Source: Promethearchaeota archaeon
GTDB lineage: Archaea; Asgardarchaeota; Lokiarchaeia; Sigyniarchaeales; SOKP01
Assembly: GCA_048938855.1 (NCBI GenBank)
Contig: JBHLLT010000025.1
Span: 1 to 33,909, forward strand
Reading direction: 5' to 3'
DNA length: 33,909 bases
Positions 1 to 9,405 of the stretch are shown here, piece after piece. Each line of letters begins with the position of its first letter. Positions within the stretch are counted from its first letter, which is position 1. The notes below the pieces were generated by a model. The model saw only the letters and a list, made by a program, of their open reading frames with translations. It searched no databases and had not been told where the DNA came from. A program made the position numbers and the translations under genes.

Positions 1-243
1 GGGGGTGATAATTAACATTTCGATTTTTGGATTATACCAAAGATCATTTAATGAAGTATAATCGATATCTGGTAGAAATGATGAATTGATATCTCCATAT
101 ATATTAGAAATTCTAGGTTTTTCTGTGGTGTAATATTCTCTTGGCTTACTAAAATTAAAAGATAAAAATGAAATGAATACAGGAGATAGAATTATGAAAA
201 GGATAAATATATAGATAAATTTTTTTGGAAAAAGTCTAACCAT
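1..243 (-). CDS. Partial (runs off left edge) secreted or membrane-anchored protein; possibly peptidase C25-like
   Basis: Manual translation from ATG at 243: MVRLFPKKFIYIFILFIILSPVFISFLSFNFSKPREYY...WYNPKIEMLIITP, open to position 1. Basic N-terminus plus hydrophobic stretch indicates a signal peptide or anchor. 'MLIITP' resembles the first strand of C25 domains (weak). Confidence 0.7.
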   Translation of the reverse strand, partial: MVRLFPKKFIYIFILFIILSPVFISFLSFNFSKPREYYTTEKPRISNIYGDINSSFLPDIDYTSLNDLWYNPKIEMLIITP

Positions 244-344
244 TAATTATCAAGTTACCGAATCATTAAGAATATATATATTATAGAATATAAAGATTTA
301 AAAATAAGAATCTAATTGTTATAAAAAAAAGTTTTCAAAATATC

Positions 345-563
345 ATGGTTATACGTTTTAACTTTTGTCCCCATTGCAATGAAAAAATACTATTTGAAAT
401 TGAAATGAGTGACATTAATTCCAGCCAATATCCTGCTCCAGTTTATATTTTATGTAAGAATTGTAACAAATTATCAACTTTTTATGTGGACAGTTTCTTA
501 CGAGTATCTTATAAGGAGCTTTCTAAAAAACCAGGGGGCATTAAGACAATAAAAACACAATAA
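345..563 (+). CDS. Small zinc-binding protein (two CxxC)
   Basis: CPHC and CKNC pairs; 72 aa; divergent from the left-edge gene. Confidence 0.7.
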   Translation: MVIRFNFCPHCNEKILFEIEMSDINSSQYPAPVYILCKNCNKLSTFYVDSFLRVSYKELSKKPGGIKTIKTQ

Positions 564-685
564 GAGACTTTAGTGTTATTTTTTCTAAAAGTCCCTATAT
601 ATTGATTAATTTAATAAAAAATACTTACTTAATACTTCTTAGGAAATTATATACTGCTGGTATAACACCGTAAGATTTAACTATT

Positions 686-2215
686 ATGTCATTTAATTTA
701 ACAGATATTGGTGGTATTGGAGAAGCAACTGCAGAAAACTTAAAAGCTGCAGGGATAGATTCAGTTGAAAAATTAGCGAATGTTAAATTAGATGAATTAG
801 TCAAACTTAAAATTAAAGGAGTTGGAAGAGCAACAGCTCAAAAGTTTATTAATAATGCTAAAAAATTATTAGATGAAATAAATTCTCAAGCAGAGCCTAC
901 ATCTGAAATAAAACCTAAAGGTGAAGCAAAACTAGAACAAGAAGATTCTAAAATTAAAGAATTGATGAAGAGACAAGCAGAATGCAATATAGGGCTTGTA
1001 GGACATGTAGATCACGGTAAAACCACTTTAGTAAAAGCTCTTACAGGTGATTGGACAGATAGGCATTCAGAAGAGCAAGAGAGAGGAATTTCGATAAAGT
1101 TAGGCTACTCAAATGCTACGATTCTATATTGTCCCCAATGTGATGCCTATATAACATACCATCTTGCTGAGCAAGCAAGAAAAAAAGGAGATTCGCGATT
1201 TTTATGTCCTCAGTGTAAAGGACAGTTAGAATTCAGAAGAAATATTTCATTTGTAGATGCTCCAGGGCATGAAATTTTAATGGCAACAATGTTAAGCGGA
1301 GCTTCATTAATGGATGGGGCATGTTTACTAATTGCTGCTGATGAAAAGTGTCCTCAACCACAGACAAGGGAACACTTAGAAGCATTGCACATTGCTGGTA
1401 TAGAAAACATTATTATCCTCCAAAATAAAATAGATGCGGTTTCACGAGAGCAAGTAATAGAGAATCATCAACAGATAAAACAATTTATTAAAGGAACAAT
1501 TGCTGAAAATGCTCCTATTATACCTATTTCAGCAGTTTTTGGAGCTAATATGGGACTAGTTTTAAGAGCGTTTGAAGAAATTATTCCTTCCCCTGTACTT
1601 AGAGAGGGAGATTTCCAATTTTTAATTGCCAGATCTTTTGACATTAATCGTCCAGGAAAAGATATCGATACCTTAAAGGGAGGTGTAATAGGAGGATCAG
1701 TCCTTAAAGGTAGTATCAACGTCGGTGATCAGATTGAAATTCGACCGGGGATAAGAGTTAAAGATAACTATATTCCTCTTAAATCTACTATTGTAAGTAT
1801 CAGTCAAGGAAGCAATCTATTGGATAATGCTAAACCAGGAGGTCTTATAGGTCTAGGAACAAAATTAGATCCTGCATTAACCAAAGGTGATCATTTAATA
1901 GGGCATTTAGTTGGAAAACCAGATTCTTTACCAGATGTTCTTGATGAGGTGGAATTGAGAGTAACTCTATTGGATAGAGTAATTGGTGTTGAACAGATGC
2001 TCAGAGTGCATTCGCTTAAACATAATGAAAAGTTATTATTAGTAGTAGGAACCGAAAAAACTGGTGGAACAGTTACAAAAATATTAAAGAATAGTGTAGT
2101 TTTAAAATTAAATCCTCCAATATGTCCTCCTGAAGATTTCATCTATGCAATTTCTAGAATAATAAACAGACGTTATAGGTTAATTGGATACGGAGAAACG
2201 GTAAATAGCAATTAG
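686..2215 (+). CDS. eif2g: Translation initiation factor 2 gamma subunit (aIF2-gamma) with N-terminal helix-hairpin-helix extension
   Basis: GHVDHGKTT, DRHSEEQERGISIKLGY, CPQC..CPQC zinc knuckle, DAPGHE, QPQTREH, NKID, PISA, ARSFDINRPG, C-terminal RYRLIGYG. N-terminal IGGIGEATAENL / IKGVGRATAQKF are HhH motifs. Confidence 0.97.
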   Translation: MSFNLTDIGGIGEATAENLKAAGIDSVEKLANVKLDELVKLKIKGVGRATAQKFINNAKKLLDEINSQAEPTSEIKPKGEAKLEQEDSKIKELMKRQAECNIGLVGHVDHGKTTLVKALTGDWTDRHSEEQERGISIKLGYSNATILYCPQCDAYITYHLAEQARKKGDSRFLCPQCKGQLEFRRNISFVDAPGHEILMATMLSGASLMDGACLLIAADEKCPQPQTREHLEALHIAGIENIIILQNKIDAVSREQVIENHQQIKQFIKGTIAENAPIIPISAVFGANMGLVLRAFEEIIPSPVLREGDFQFLIARSFDINRPGKDIDTLKGGVIGGSVLKGSINVGDQIEIRPGIRVKDNYIPLKSTIVSISQGSNLLDNAKPGGLIGLGTKLDPALTKGDHLIGHLVGKPDSLPDVLDEVELRVTLLDRVIGVEQMLRVHSLKHNEKLLLVVGTEKTGGTVTKILKNSVVLKLNPPICPPEDFIYAISRIINRRYRLIGYGETVNSN

Positions 2216-2246
2216 CTGAACCGCAATAAAATTTCTAGTTTTTTCA

Positions 2247-2576
2247 TTATGAGGAATATGAAATAAATACTTCACGTATCTTACCTCTTATCAGAGATAT
2301 TGATGGATCTATTCCTTGAAATACTTTTTCCAAAGCCATAATTACTTCATTTTCATTGTTTGGGTAATTTGACTTAGTTAAACTCTGCTTAGTTTCATAC
2401 AAGATCAATGTATCAGAGATTTTTGCGAGAAAATGGAGGATTATATCAGCGATGACATTTGTCGATAAATTATCATGGTTTTTTATTTCTTTAATTTCAT
2501 AAAAAATCTTATTCATTATTCTTTTATCAGCACAAGCGATAAAATCATCTATATTATCACAAAAGATAACTATCAA
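2247..2576 (-). CDS. Hypothetical protein
   Basis: 109-aa ORF with TTG start 2 nt after the stop of the upstream gene; no recognisable motif. Confidence 0.65.
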   Translation of the reverse strand: MIVIFCDNIDDFIACADKRIMNKIFYEIKEIKNHDNLSTNVIADIILHFLAKISDTLILYETKQSLTKSNYPNNENEVIMALEKVFQGIDPSISLIRGKIREVFISYSS

Positions 2577-2578
2577 AG

Positions 2579-4282
2579 CTATTTTCGCATTCTCTTATAT
2601 TTTAAATAAAATATTGCTCCAAAAATTACAATAACTCCATTTAATACTCCAAATATCACTATCCAAAGGGGAAAATGAGGATAATCAGTATTTATGAAAT
2701 TTATTTGATTTACAGTATTAACTACTGACTCTTTTACGAAAATACTATTGTAATAGACCCTAATTGTGTAATTTCCACGTGGAACTTCATATAGAATAAT
2801 TTCTCCATTTTCATTAGTAGTGCCTGGATAAATTGGTTGAACGCTGTTATTAGACATATAAGTCCCATATTCAACACCATAATAAAATACCTCTACTCTC
2901 GCACCAACCAACGGCATTTTAATATTATCTGTAATAACAACGTGTAAAGTCTGATCTGAAATGTATTTTATGATGCTAGGACATGTTTCTCCTAAAATTA
3001 TATAAGGAAACTTTAACTCTATTCCTTCTATCCCCATTATTGAACTATTTAGGTAAAAATATTGAAAATCTCTTTCAAATTGAGAACTACTATGAATTAC
3101 CTGATCAATAAAAATCGTTTCTTCATAAATTGATAAATTTTTAAGATAGATATGCTTTGGTCCAGCAATTACCGAGGGTAAATAAATTCTTTCACGTATA
3201 TCGCTCATAACAACAAGTCTATCAATCGCCCAATTCTTATCTACTGGACTTTCGAATTTACAAGTGAATGAAGTTGTAAAATTTAAAAAAACAACACTGT
3301 TATTAGCTAAGAAATGATCTGCTAGCAAGATATCAATCGATTTGTTAATATTTAAATAATCGCCAATGTCAACAGGAATATCATTTATTAAAAGGCTGTG
3401 TTCATTTAATTTATTTCTGTCAGGTAAATTGATTGTTAACGCTATGTCAATATCATCAGCTTGTACGTTAGTATCAAATATAGTTTCACCATATTTTCTT
3501 CCAATCAAATTAAATCCATAATTAAATTTTACAGTAAAGTTTTGAATGGTACTACTCATTCTTAAATCCTGTCCTGAATATTGGTTTAAGCTCCATGATT
3601 GAATATCTATATCATATTCCCATATAAGATACATATCAAAACTGAAGACAGGACCTTTTTGAAAATAGGGTTTATAATTGAACACAATAAACTTATTGCT
3701 ATCAAAAGTATAATCGATTCCTTCATCTAATTTTATTATATCTGTTCCATTATCTACATAAAATTCATATAACCTGATTGGTAGTAAACGAGAAAGATAG
3801 ATTAAAGATCCTGCTAAGGGATGATTATACACTACAGATAAGCTTTCATTTAATTTTACAGTTATTATATTACTATCTGTTATGTTCTCATTCAAATTAT
3901 CTTGTATTGCGGGATCTGTAGTCTCAAGAAATACTAAATCTGTCTGAGAAATGCTTAGTGCTCCTGATTCAATATCATCACCAATTAATGGGTAATTAAC
4001 ATTATTATTGAAAAAACCTGGCTTTAAATTACTGAAATCAATATCATTTACAGTAATGTTCCCTAGAGAATATTTTTCTTCAGAAAGTATAGGATTAAAA
4101 TCTTTTTTAGAAATACCATTTAATATTGGATTTGAATCATTGTTCATAGAGTTTGAATTGTATTCTAACATGCCAAATGTGATCGGGATTAAAAAGAACA
4201 CTATTGTAATAATAATTACGATACCTTTTCTGTAATTATTTTTACAAAAACGATTTTCACATGGCATATTACATGATCCCAT
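2579..4282 (-). CDS. Membrane-anchored extracellular protein with C-terminal carboxypeptidase-regulatory-like (prealbumin-fold) domain
   Basis: N-terminal TM; many N-x-S/T sequons; 'PLVGARVEV...GTTNENGEIILYEVPRGNYTIRVYY' motif; C-terminal TM with basic tail. Confidence 0.8.
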   Translation of the reverse strand: MGSCNMPCENRFCKNNYRKGIVIIITIVFFLIPITFGMLEYNSNSMNNDSNPILNGISKKDFNPILSEEKYSLGNITVNDIDFSNLKPGFFNNNVNYPLIGDDIESGALSISQTDLVFLETTDPAIQDNLNENITDSNIITVKLNESLSVVYNHPLAGSLIYLSRLLPIRLYEFYVDNGTDIIKLDEGIDYTFDSNKFIVFNYKPYFQKGPVFSFDMYLIWEYDIDIQSWSLNQYSGQDLRMSSTIQNFTVKFNYGFNLIGRKYGETIFDTNVQADDIDIALTINLPDRNKLNEHSLLINDIPVDIGDYLNINKSIDILLADHFLANNSVVFLNFTTSFTCKFESPVDKNWAIDRLVVMSDIRERIYLPSVIAGPKHIYLKNLSIYEETIFIDQVIHSSSQFERDFQYFYLNSSIMGIEGIELKFPYIILGETCPSIIKYISDQTLHVVITDNIKMPLVGARVEVFYYGVEYGTYMSNNSVQPIYPGTTNENGEIILYEVPRGNYTIRVYYNSIFVKESVVNTVNQINFINTDYPHFPLWIVIFGVLNGVIVIFGAIFYLKYKRMRK

Positions 4283-4519
4283 TATAAAGTAATTAGGACA
4301 GAAAATTAAAATAAATTAAATAATTTTTCTATAGAATTTATTGCTTTTCTAATTTGCTTGATTTTCGAATAGTAAATCGGAATATTTATAATTTTAGAAT
4401 ATATTTGGAATTTATTAGGTTTTAATTAAAGATAAGAATATTATAATAATACATATTGAAAAATTAGTATAATGGATTTTAATGTTGATGTTTTACTTAT
4501 ATATAACATAATGATGTAG

Positions 4520-5899
4520 ATGAGCCATTCACCAAACAAAACAAAGTTTCTAGAAGATCTTAGTCGAGCAGTAGATGAATTTGTAGACCATTCTTTTACA
4601 CATGTTATAATTATTTCACATAATGATGCTGATGGAATAAGTTGTCTCCATATAATCCAAAACTTATTATATAAAATCCATATAAACTACGATTATTTTA
4701 TTTATAATAGATCAATTTCTTGGGAGAATTACTTACAAGGAATTCTTTCAAGTAGGCAATCTGAAAAAAATTCTTTCATTTTTACTGATGTAGGTTCAAA
4801 TCTAAAAGAATTAATCCCAATTATTAAGAAAAGAAAAGAATATTTTTTCATTCTTGATCACCATGAAGTAGAAGATGATATTCAATTTGATAAATTTCCT
4901 GAAAATTTATTCTTTATAAACCCAACTATTTATGGTTATGACGGTCTTGAACATATAGCGGGAGCCACTTTGACATATATGTTTGCAAAGCAAGTTAATT
5001 CATCCATAATAAAACAGGGATGGCTAACAATTATTGGGATTGCTGGAGATTCATTAAAACCTATGGATAGATTACAATCGTTTAATAAAGAAGTGTTTGA
5101 AGAACTAGTTGATGAAGAACTCATTGAAGTCAAAGAAGGATTGATTTTATATGGGAGTATGCATGATTCTGTAAAAAACGGCTTAAAATATAGTATATTA
5201 CCCTTTCTTAGCCATTTTGGTGGAGAATCTGATCAGAACATCAATTCATTTTTAAATACACTTCAAATTGATCCAAGAAAAAAAATTGTTGATTTAAATG
5301 AATCTGAAATTAAACTAATCCAAGACAAAATAGAGAATGTTATTCCTGGACATTATGCTCTATTACCTCATAAATCAGGATTATTAAAACATGCGTTTGA
5401 ACATGCTCTTCTGTTGAATATTTTATGTTTCAAAAATATTAGCGCAGCAATTTCCATAATCCAATTAAAATCTATAACTCGTTATGCTAATAATATATAT
5501 TCTGAGTATATTGAAAATCTCTCTCGAAATTTAAGAACTATCTCAAATGAAATACCTAAATTTGAAACTAAAAAAGCTATATTTCTGGAAGTTAAAGGGA
5601 AAATACCACCAAGCAACTGGTCTGATACAGCTAGTTTTAGCGCTGTAAATGAGTTATTTGATCCAAATAAAGTTTTATTTCTCGGTGGTCTTGAGAAAAA
5701 ATCAGGCACAATAAAATTAAGTATTCGATGCTCAAGGAAATATCTTGACAAAAATAAGACAAATGGCATTAATAAAATTATTACGAATATTAAAAGAGAG
5801 CTTGGCGGAGTAGGTGGAGGCCATAAATTAGCAGGAGGTATTAGATTATCAAGCCCATCTTATAACCTTTTAAAAAACAAAATAGACGAGTTTATTTAA
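4520..5899 (+). CDS. DHH/DHHA1 family phosphoesterase (RecJ-like nuclease)
   Basis: HNDADG, FTDVG, LDHH, GIAGD, SIR, GGGHKLAGG motifs. Confidence 0.9.
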   Translation: MSHSPNKTKFLEDLSRAVDEFVDHSFTHVIIISHNDADGISCLHIIQNLLYKIHINYDYFIYNRSISWENYLQGILSSRQSEKNSFIFTDVGSNLKELIPIIKKRKEYFFILDHHEVEDDIQFDKFPENLFFINPTIYGYDGLEHIAGATLTYMFAKQVNSSIIKQGWLTIIGIAGDSLKPMDRLQSFNKEVFEELVDEELIEVKEGLILYGSMHDSVKNGLKYSILPFLSHFGGESDQNINSFLNTLQIDPRKKIVDLNESEIKLIQDKIENVIPGHYALLPHKSGLLKHAFEHALLLNILCFKNISAAISIIQLKSITRYANNIYSEYIENLSRNLRTISNEIPKFETKKAIFLEVKGKIPPSNWSDTASFSAVNELFDPNKVLFLGGLEKKSGTIKLSIRCSRKYLDKNKTNGINKIITNIKRELGGVGGGHKLAGGIRLSSPSYNLLKNKIDEFI

Positions 5900-5924
5900 A
5901 TTATCAATATAAATTATTACATAA

Positions 5925-6221
5925 ATGAAATTTATAGAAAAATCTTCCAATTCTACTTTTATTATAAAATTGAATGTGAAAACTAATTGTAAAACCCAAA
6001 AAGTTATAGTTAATGACGATTTTTTAACAATTTTCTTAAGATCAAAGCCAATTCAAAATAAGGCAAATAAGGAACTTTTAAATTTATTGAAAACTAGATT
6101 AAATATGTCATCTAATCAAATACAAATAATTACTGGTTCAAAAAGTCACAATAAAATCATTAAACTTAACTTTTTAGAAAATACTAAAGAACAAGAAATA
6201 ATAGACAAGTTCCTAAGTTGA
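5925..6221 (+). CDS. DUF167 (YggU/UPF0235) family protein
   Basis: 'PIQNKANKELLNLL...IQIITGSKSHNK' matches the family pattern P.xGKAN...G.xSR.K. Confidence 0.85.
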   Translation: MKFIEKSSNSTFIIKLNVKTNCKTQKVIVNDDFLTIFLRSKPIQNKANKELLNLLKTRLNMSSNQIQIITGSKSHNKIIKLNFLENTKEQEIIDKFLS

Positions 6222-6222
6222 T

Positions 6223-6573
6223 TTAACTCCCAATTTTTTTCATCTTACCGCATTTCAAACATGTTATAAAATGGGTCATTCCTTCATCGGCCCTACGAGT
6301 TTGCCTTGTTTCTAAATGCGCTTTATCATATCCACATCGAGGACATTTAAAATCTTTAATTGTGCTTCTTAAATTTTCTTCTTTCCATTCCATGACATCT
6401 GACAAATTGGTAACTTCATCCCTAATTGGATGTTCTATTTTAGTGATAAGTTTATACGCTTCAGATTTTTCCTCAATAAATGGTTTGATTGCTCCGCACT
6501 TACATTTAAATACTTTTTTTCCCTCTGAAGTTGAAGGTAACATCATTCCTCCACATTCATCACAAAATTCCAT
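6223..6573 (-). CDS. tfs: Transcription elongation/cleavage factor TFS (RpoM/Rpb9-like)
   Basis: N-terminal FCDECG..CKCG zinc ribbon; C-terminal CPRCG...QTRRADEGMTHF..CLKCG with the acidic DE hairpin intact. Confidence 0.92.
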   Translation of the reverse strand: MEFCDECGGMMLPSTSEGKKVFKCKCGAIKPFIEEKSEAYKLITKIEHPIRDEVTNLSDVMEWKEENLRSTIKDFKCPRCGYDKAHLETRQTRRADEGMTHFITCLKCGKMKKIGS

Positions 6574-6655
6574 AAACTGGTTAACCCAAAATATAGATTT
6601 AAATTCACATTTCTTAAGAATAGTAAATAATTCTTTCCAAATAATTTTTTTGATA

Positions 6656-7642
6656 TTAATATCTTAAACCAAAAAGTAAAGCACAAAATATTACTCCAGA
6701 AACCAAATCAGCAGTAGTACCCGGATTTAATTTGCCTTTCTTTGCTTGGAGTTCATTATCTAATTCTAATGTCAATTTTAAACCTTCTTCAGTTGATATT
6801 CCTTCGTATTTTAATATATGAGATGCTCTTTCTGAAATATATAACGCTAAATCACGTCCAGACTTTCTAATAACTAATGTATCTGGATATTTTGATAAAA
6901 GTTTAAGGAAAGTATTGACTATTGCTATGTTTATATCCTTAAATTTATTAAAGGTATTAACGAAATATTGTAATCCTTCGTCTAAAATTATCTTAAAACC
7001 AGTAGCATATTCTAAACTTATTAAATCGTATTCTTTTGAGAATTCAAATATTTTTTTTAGATTCATGTTATCCTTTCTTAATTCCTCAATAGATTTATTA
7101 TCATTGATATCATATTTCTCAGTTGTTCCTAATCCTCCGGGATTACAAATCCTAATCGCATGAAATAAATTAATTGTGTCATTCACAGAAGAATTTTCAA
7201 TTATTTTTTCCAAGTATTTTTTTAAATTTTCTATTTTGGTTTGATGCTTGATAATGCAAATTATAGCAGCTGCAGCTAATGGCCCTAGTATTAATATATG
7301 TCCTAATAGAATATTTCCTCCTTTTTGCCATTTTATCATTTCCTTTGCTGCATTTTTAATAAATAGTCCTAATTCAACTGCCTTATAATCTTCTTCATTT
7401 TTGAAAGATTTTTGAAAAATTCTTTTGCAATATATTCTAAAATTTGGTTGTATTGCTGCAATTCCAGCCATGAAATGTTCAAATCTAGTCCTTTCATAAT
7501 TTTGTGTACGGTGAATATTTCCAGGTTTAGGCCATCCTGACAATTCTAAAAGACTTGCTAAGCTCAAGCATCTTGATAAATCGTCCAAGGATTCAACAGA
7601 AATATTAAAATTAGTTTCTTGTAAAGACAAATTAAAATTCAT
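6656..7642 (-). CDS. citG: Triphosphoribosyl-dephospho-CoA synthase (CitG family)
   Basis: LELSGWPKPGNIH, GGNILLG, PDTLVIRKSG, LNPGTTADL motifs. Confidence 0.9.
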   Translation of the reverse strand: MNFNLSLQETNFNISVESLDDLSRCLSLASLLELSGWPKPGNIHRTQNYERTRFEHFMAGIAAIQPNFRIYCKRIFQKSFKNEEDYKAVELGLFIKNAAKEMIKWQKGGNILLGHILILGPLAAAAIICIIKHQTKIENLKKYLEKIIENSSVNDTINLFHAIRICNPGGLGTTEKYDINDNKSIEELRKDNMNLKKIFEFSKEYDLISLEYATGFKIILDEGLQYFVNTFNKFKDINIAIVNTFLKLLSKYPDTLVIRKSGRDLALYISERASHILKYEGISTEEGLKLTLELDNELQAKKGKLNPGTTADLVSGVIFCALLFGLRY

Positions 7643-7674
7643 TTTGTATTTTATATAATAAAGAAGGATATGGT

Positions 7675-7980
7675 TTAATAATAAGTTAATTCAATTACTT
7701 TCTTTTCTTTCACAGTATATCCTTCATTTTCAGGAGTCTTATGAGAAATAGGTCTGAAATCATTATGTAACCCATTTTTATAAAGAAATTTTTTAATTCT
7801 TAGTTTTAAGGCTCTTTTAGATAATTTGGTAGGCATTTCTACATTTATTTCATTTCCATTTCGATCAAGAGTAATCTGAGGCAACGCTTCAGATAAGAAT
7901 CTAATTAAATCGAGAACATGTTGTTCGCTTTTAAAGCTTAACTCCTTTACGTTGATTGTTATAGATACATTTTCACTCAT
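7675..7980 (-). CDS. rpl22e: Ribosomal protein eL22 (L22e) homolog
   Basis: 'LSKRALKLRIKKFLYKNGLHNDFRPIS' aligns with eukaryotic eL22 '[26 protein letters not shown]'; C-terminal 'ELTYY' resembles 'ELRYF'. Confidence 0.85.
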   Translation of the reverse strand: MSENVSITINVKELSFKSEQHVLDLIRFLSEALPQITLDRNGNEINVEMPTKLSKRALKLRIKKFLYKNGLHNDFRPISHKTPENEGYTVKEKKVIELTYY

Positions 7981-8114
7981 GTTTTTATCACAATGTAATT
8001 TAATTATAAATACTATTAATTTTTTATGATTTTATAATTATAATTCATTATACATATGATAATTTCCATATGTTAAATCACACTTAAATTTTAGTAGTTA
8101 ATTAGTGAGTTAAA

Positions 8115-9392
8115 TTGGTAGATTACATAAATCTGGATTACGTCCCAAGTGAAAATGATTTAGTAGCGATGTATTATGTGCAGATTTCACCAGAGTGTAA
8201 AAATTTACAGCAAGCTTCAGAAGAAATCGCAAAGGAAAGCTCTATTGGTACATGGACTGAGATTTCCACATTATCCCCTGAAATAGCAAAAAGGCTTAAA
8301 CCTTCAACATTTTATATTGACCATGATAATAGTATCATAAAAATTGCTTACACCAAAGAACTTTTTGAAGCAAACAATTTACCGCAGATTTTAAGTGCTA
8401 TTGCAGGGAATATATTTGGAATGAAGGTATTAAGGAATTTACGATTATTAGATATAAGTTTTCCTAAAGATATTGTTGATACATATAAGGGTCCAAAATT
8501 TGGGATTGAAGGTATAGAAGCATTAACACAAGTGAAGGATAGACCCCTTCTTGGCACGATTGTAAAACCAAAAGTTGGGCTTACAGAAATTGAACATTCT
8601 CAAGTATGTGGGGACGCTTGGCGTGGTGGATTAGATATTGTGAAAGATGATGAAAATTTGACAAGTATGACTTTTAATAAGTTTGAACAAAGAATAATAG
8701 AAACATTAAAGGTCAGGGATAAAGTTGAAATAGAAACTGGAGAACGGAAGTTTTATATGCCAAATATAACAGCACCTTTGAGCGTTATGAAAAAAAGAGC
8801 CGATTTTGTAATAGAAAATGGTGGCGAATATGTGATGGTAGACATTGTTACAATAGGTTTCTCGGCATTGCAGGAAATTCGAGATTACTTGGATGATAAG
8901 GATATTGTAATTCACGCTCATAGAGCAATGCATGCAGCTTTTACAAGGAATAAAAAACATGGAATGACTATGTTGGTATTAGCAAAGTTAATGCGACTTC
9001 TTGGTATGGATCAACTTCATACAGGAACTGTAGTGGGAAAGATGGAAGGTGGAAAGAAAGAAGTTTTAGAAATTAATAGAGTTATTACAGAGCAAAGAAT
9101 AACAGGAAATAACATGACATTGCTGGATCAAGATTGGAGAAATCTCAAAGGGATTTTACCTGTTGCTTCAGGTGGTTTAAGTCCATTGCATATTCCAGAG
9201 TTAATCGCTATATTAGGTAAAAATATGGTTTTTCAATTTGGAGGAGGATGTCATGGACATCCCATGGGAACTGAAGCTGGAGCTAAAGCAATTAGACAGG
9301 CAGTTGACGCAACTTTAGAAAATTATGAATTAAAGGAATATGCAAAGAATAATATTGAATTAGCGAAAGCTATTGAAAAGTGGGGAAAATAA
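8115..9392 (+). CDS. rbcL: Ribulose-1,5-bisphosphate carboxylase large subunit, form III
   Basis: ESSIGTWT, GTIVKPKVG, GLDIVKDDENL (carbamylated Lys motif), HAHRAMH, GTVVGKMEG (loop 6 Lys), PVASGG, QFGGGCHGHP. TTG start. Confidence 0.96.
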   Translation: MVDYINLDYVPSENDLVAMYYVQISPECKNLQQASEEIAKESSIGTWTEISTLSPEIAKRLKPSTFYIDHDNSIIKIAYTKELFEANNLPQILSAIAGNIFGMKVLRNLRLLDISFPKDIVDTYKGPKFGIEGIEALTQVKDRPLLGTIVKPKVGLTEIEHSQVCGDAWRGGLDIVKDDENLTSMTFNKFEQRIIETLKVRDKVEIETGERKFYMPNITAPLSVMKKRADFVIENGGEYVMVDIVTIGFSALQEIRDYLDDKDIVIHAHRAMHAAFTRNKKHGMTMLVLAKLMRLLGMDQLHTGTVVGKMEGGKKEVLEINRVITEQRITGNNMTLLDQDWRNLKGILPVASGGLSPLHIPELIAILGKNMVFQFGGGCHGHPMGTEAGAKAIRQAVDATLENYELKEYAKNNIELAKAIEKWGK

Positions 9393-9405
9393 CAATTTTT
9401 GCCAA

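Noticed and set aside
566-593. Hairpin GACTTTAG/CTAAAAGTC after the zinc-protein stop
   Set aside because: Short, bulged and AT-rich; may be a terminator but is indistinguishable from chance.
8115-9392. RuBisCO as evidence of a Calvin cycle or as a form IV RLP
   Set aside because: No rbcS or phosphoribulokinase in the window; catalytic residues intact; adjacency to R15P isomerase indicates form III nucleoside salvage.
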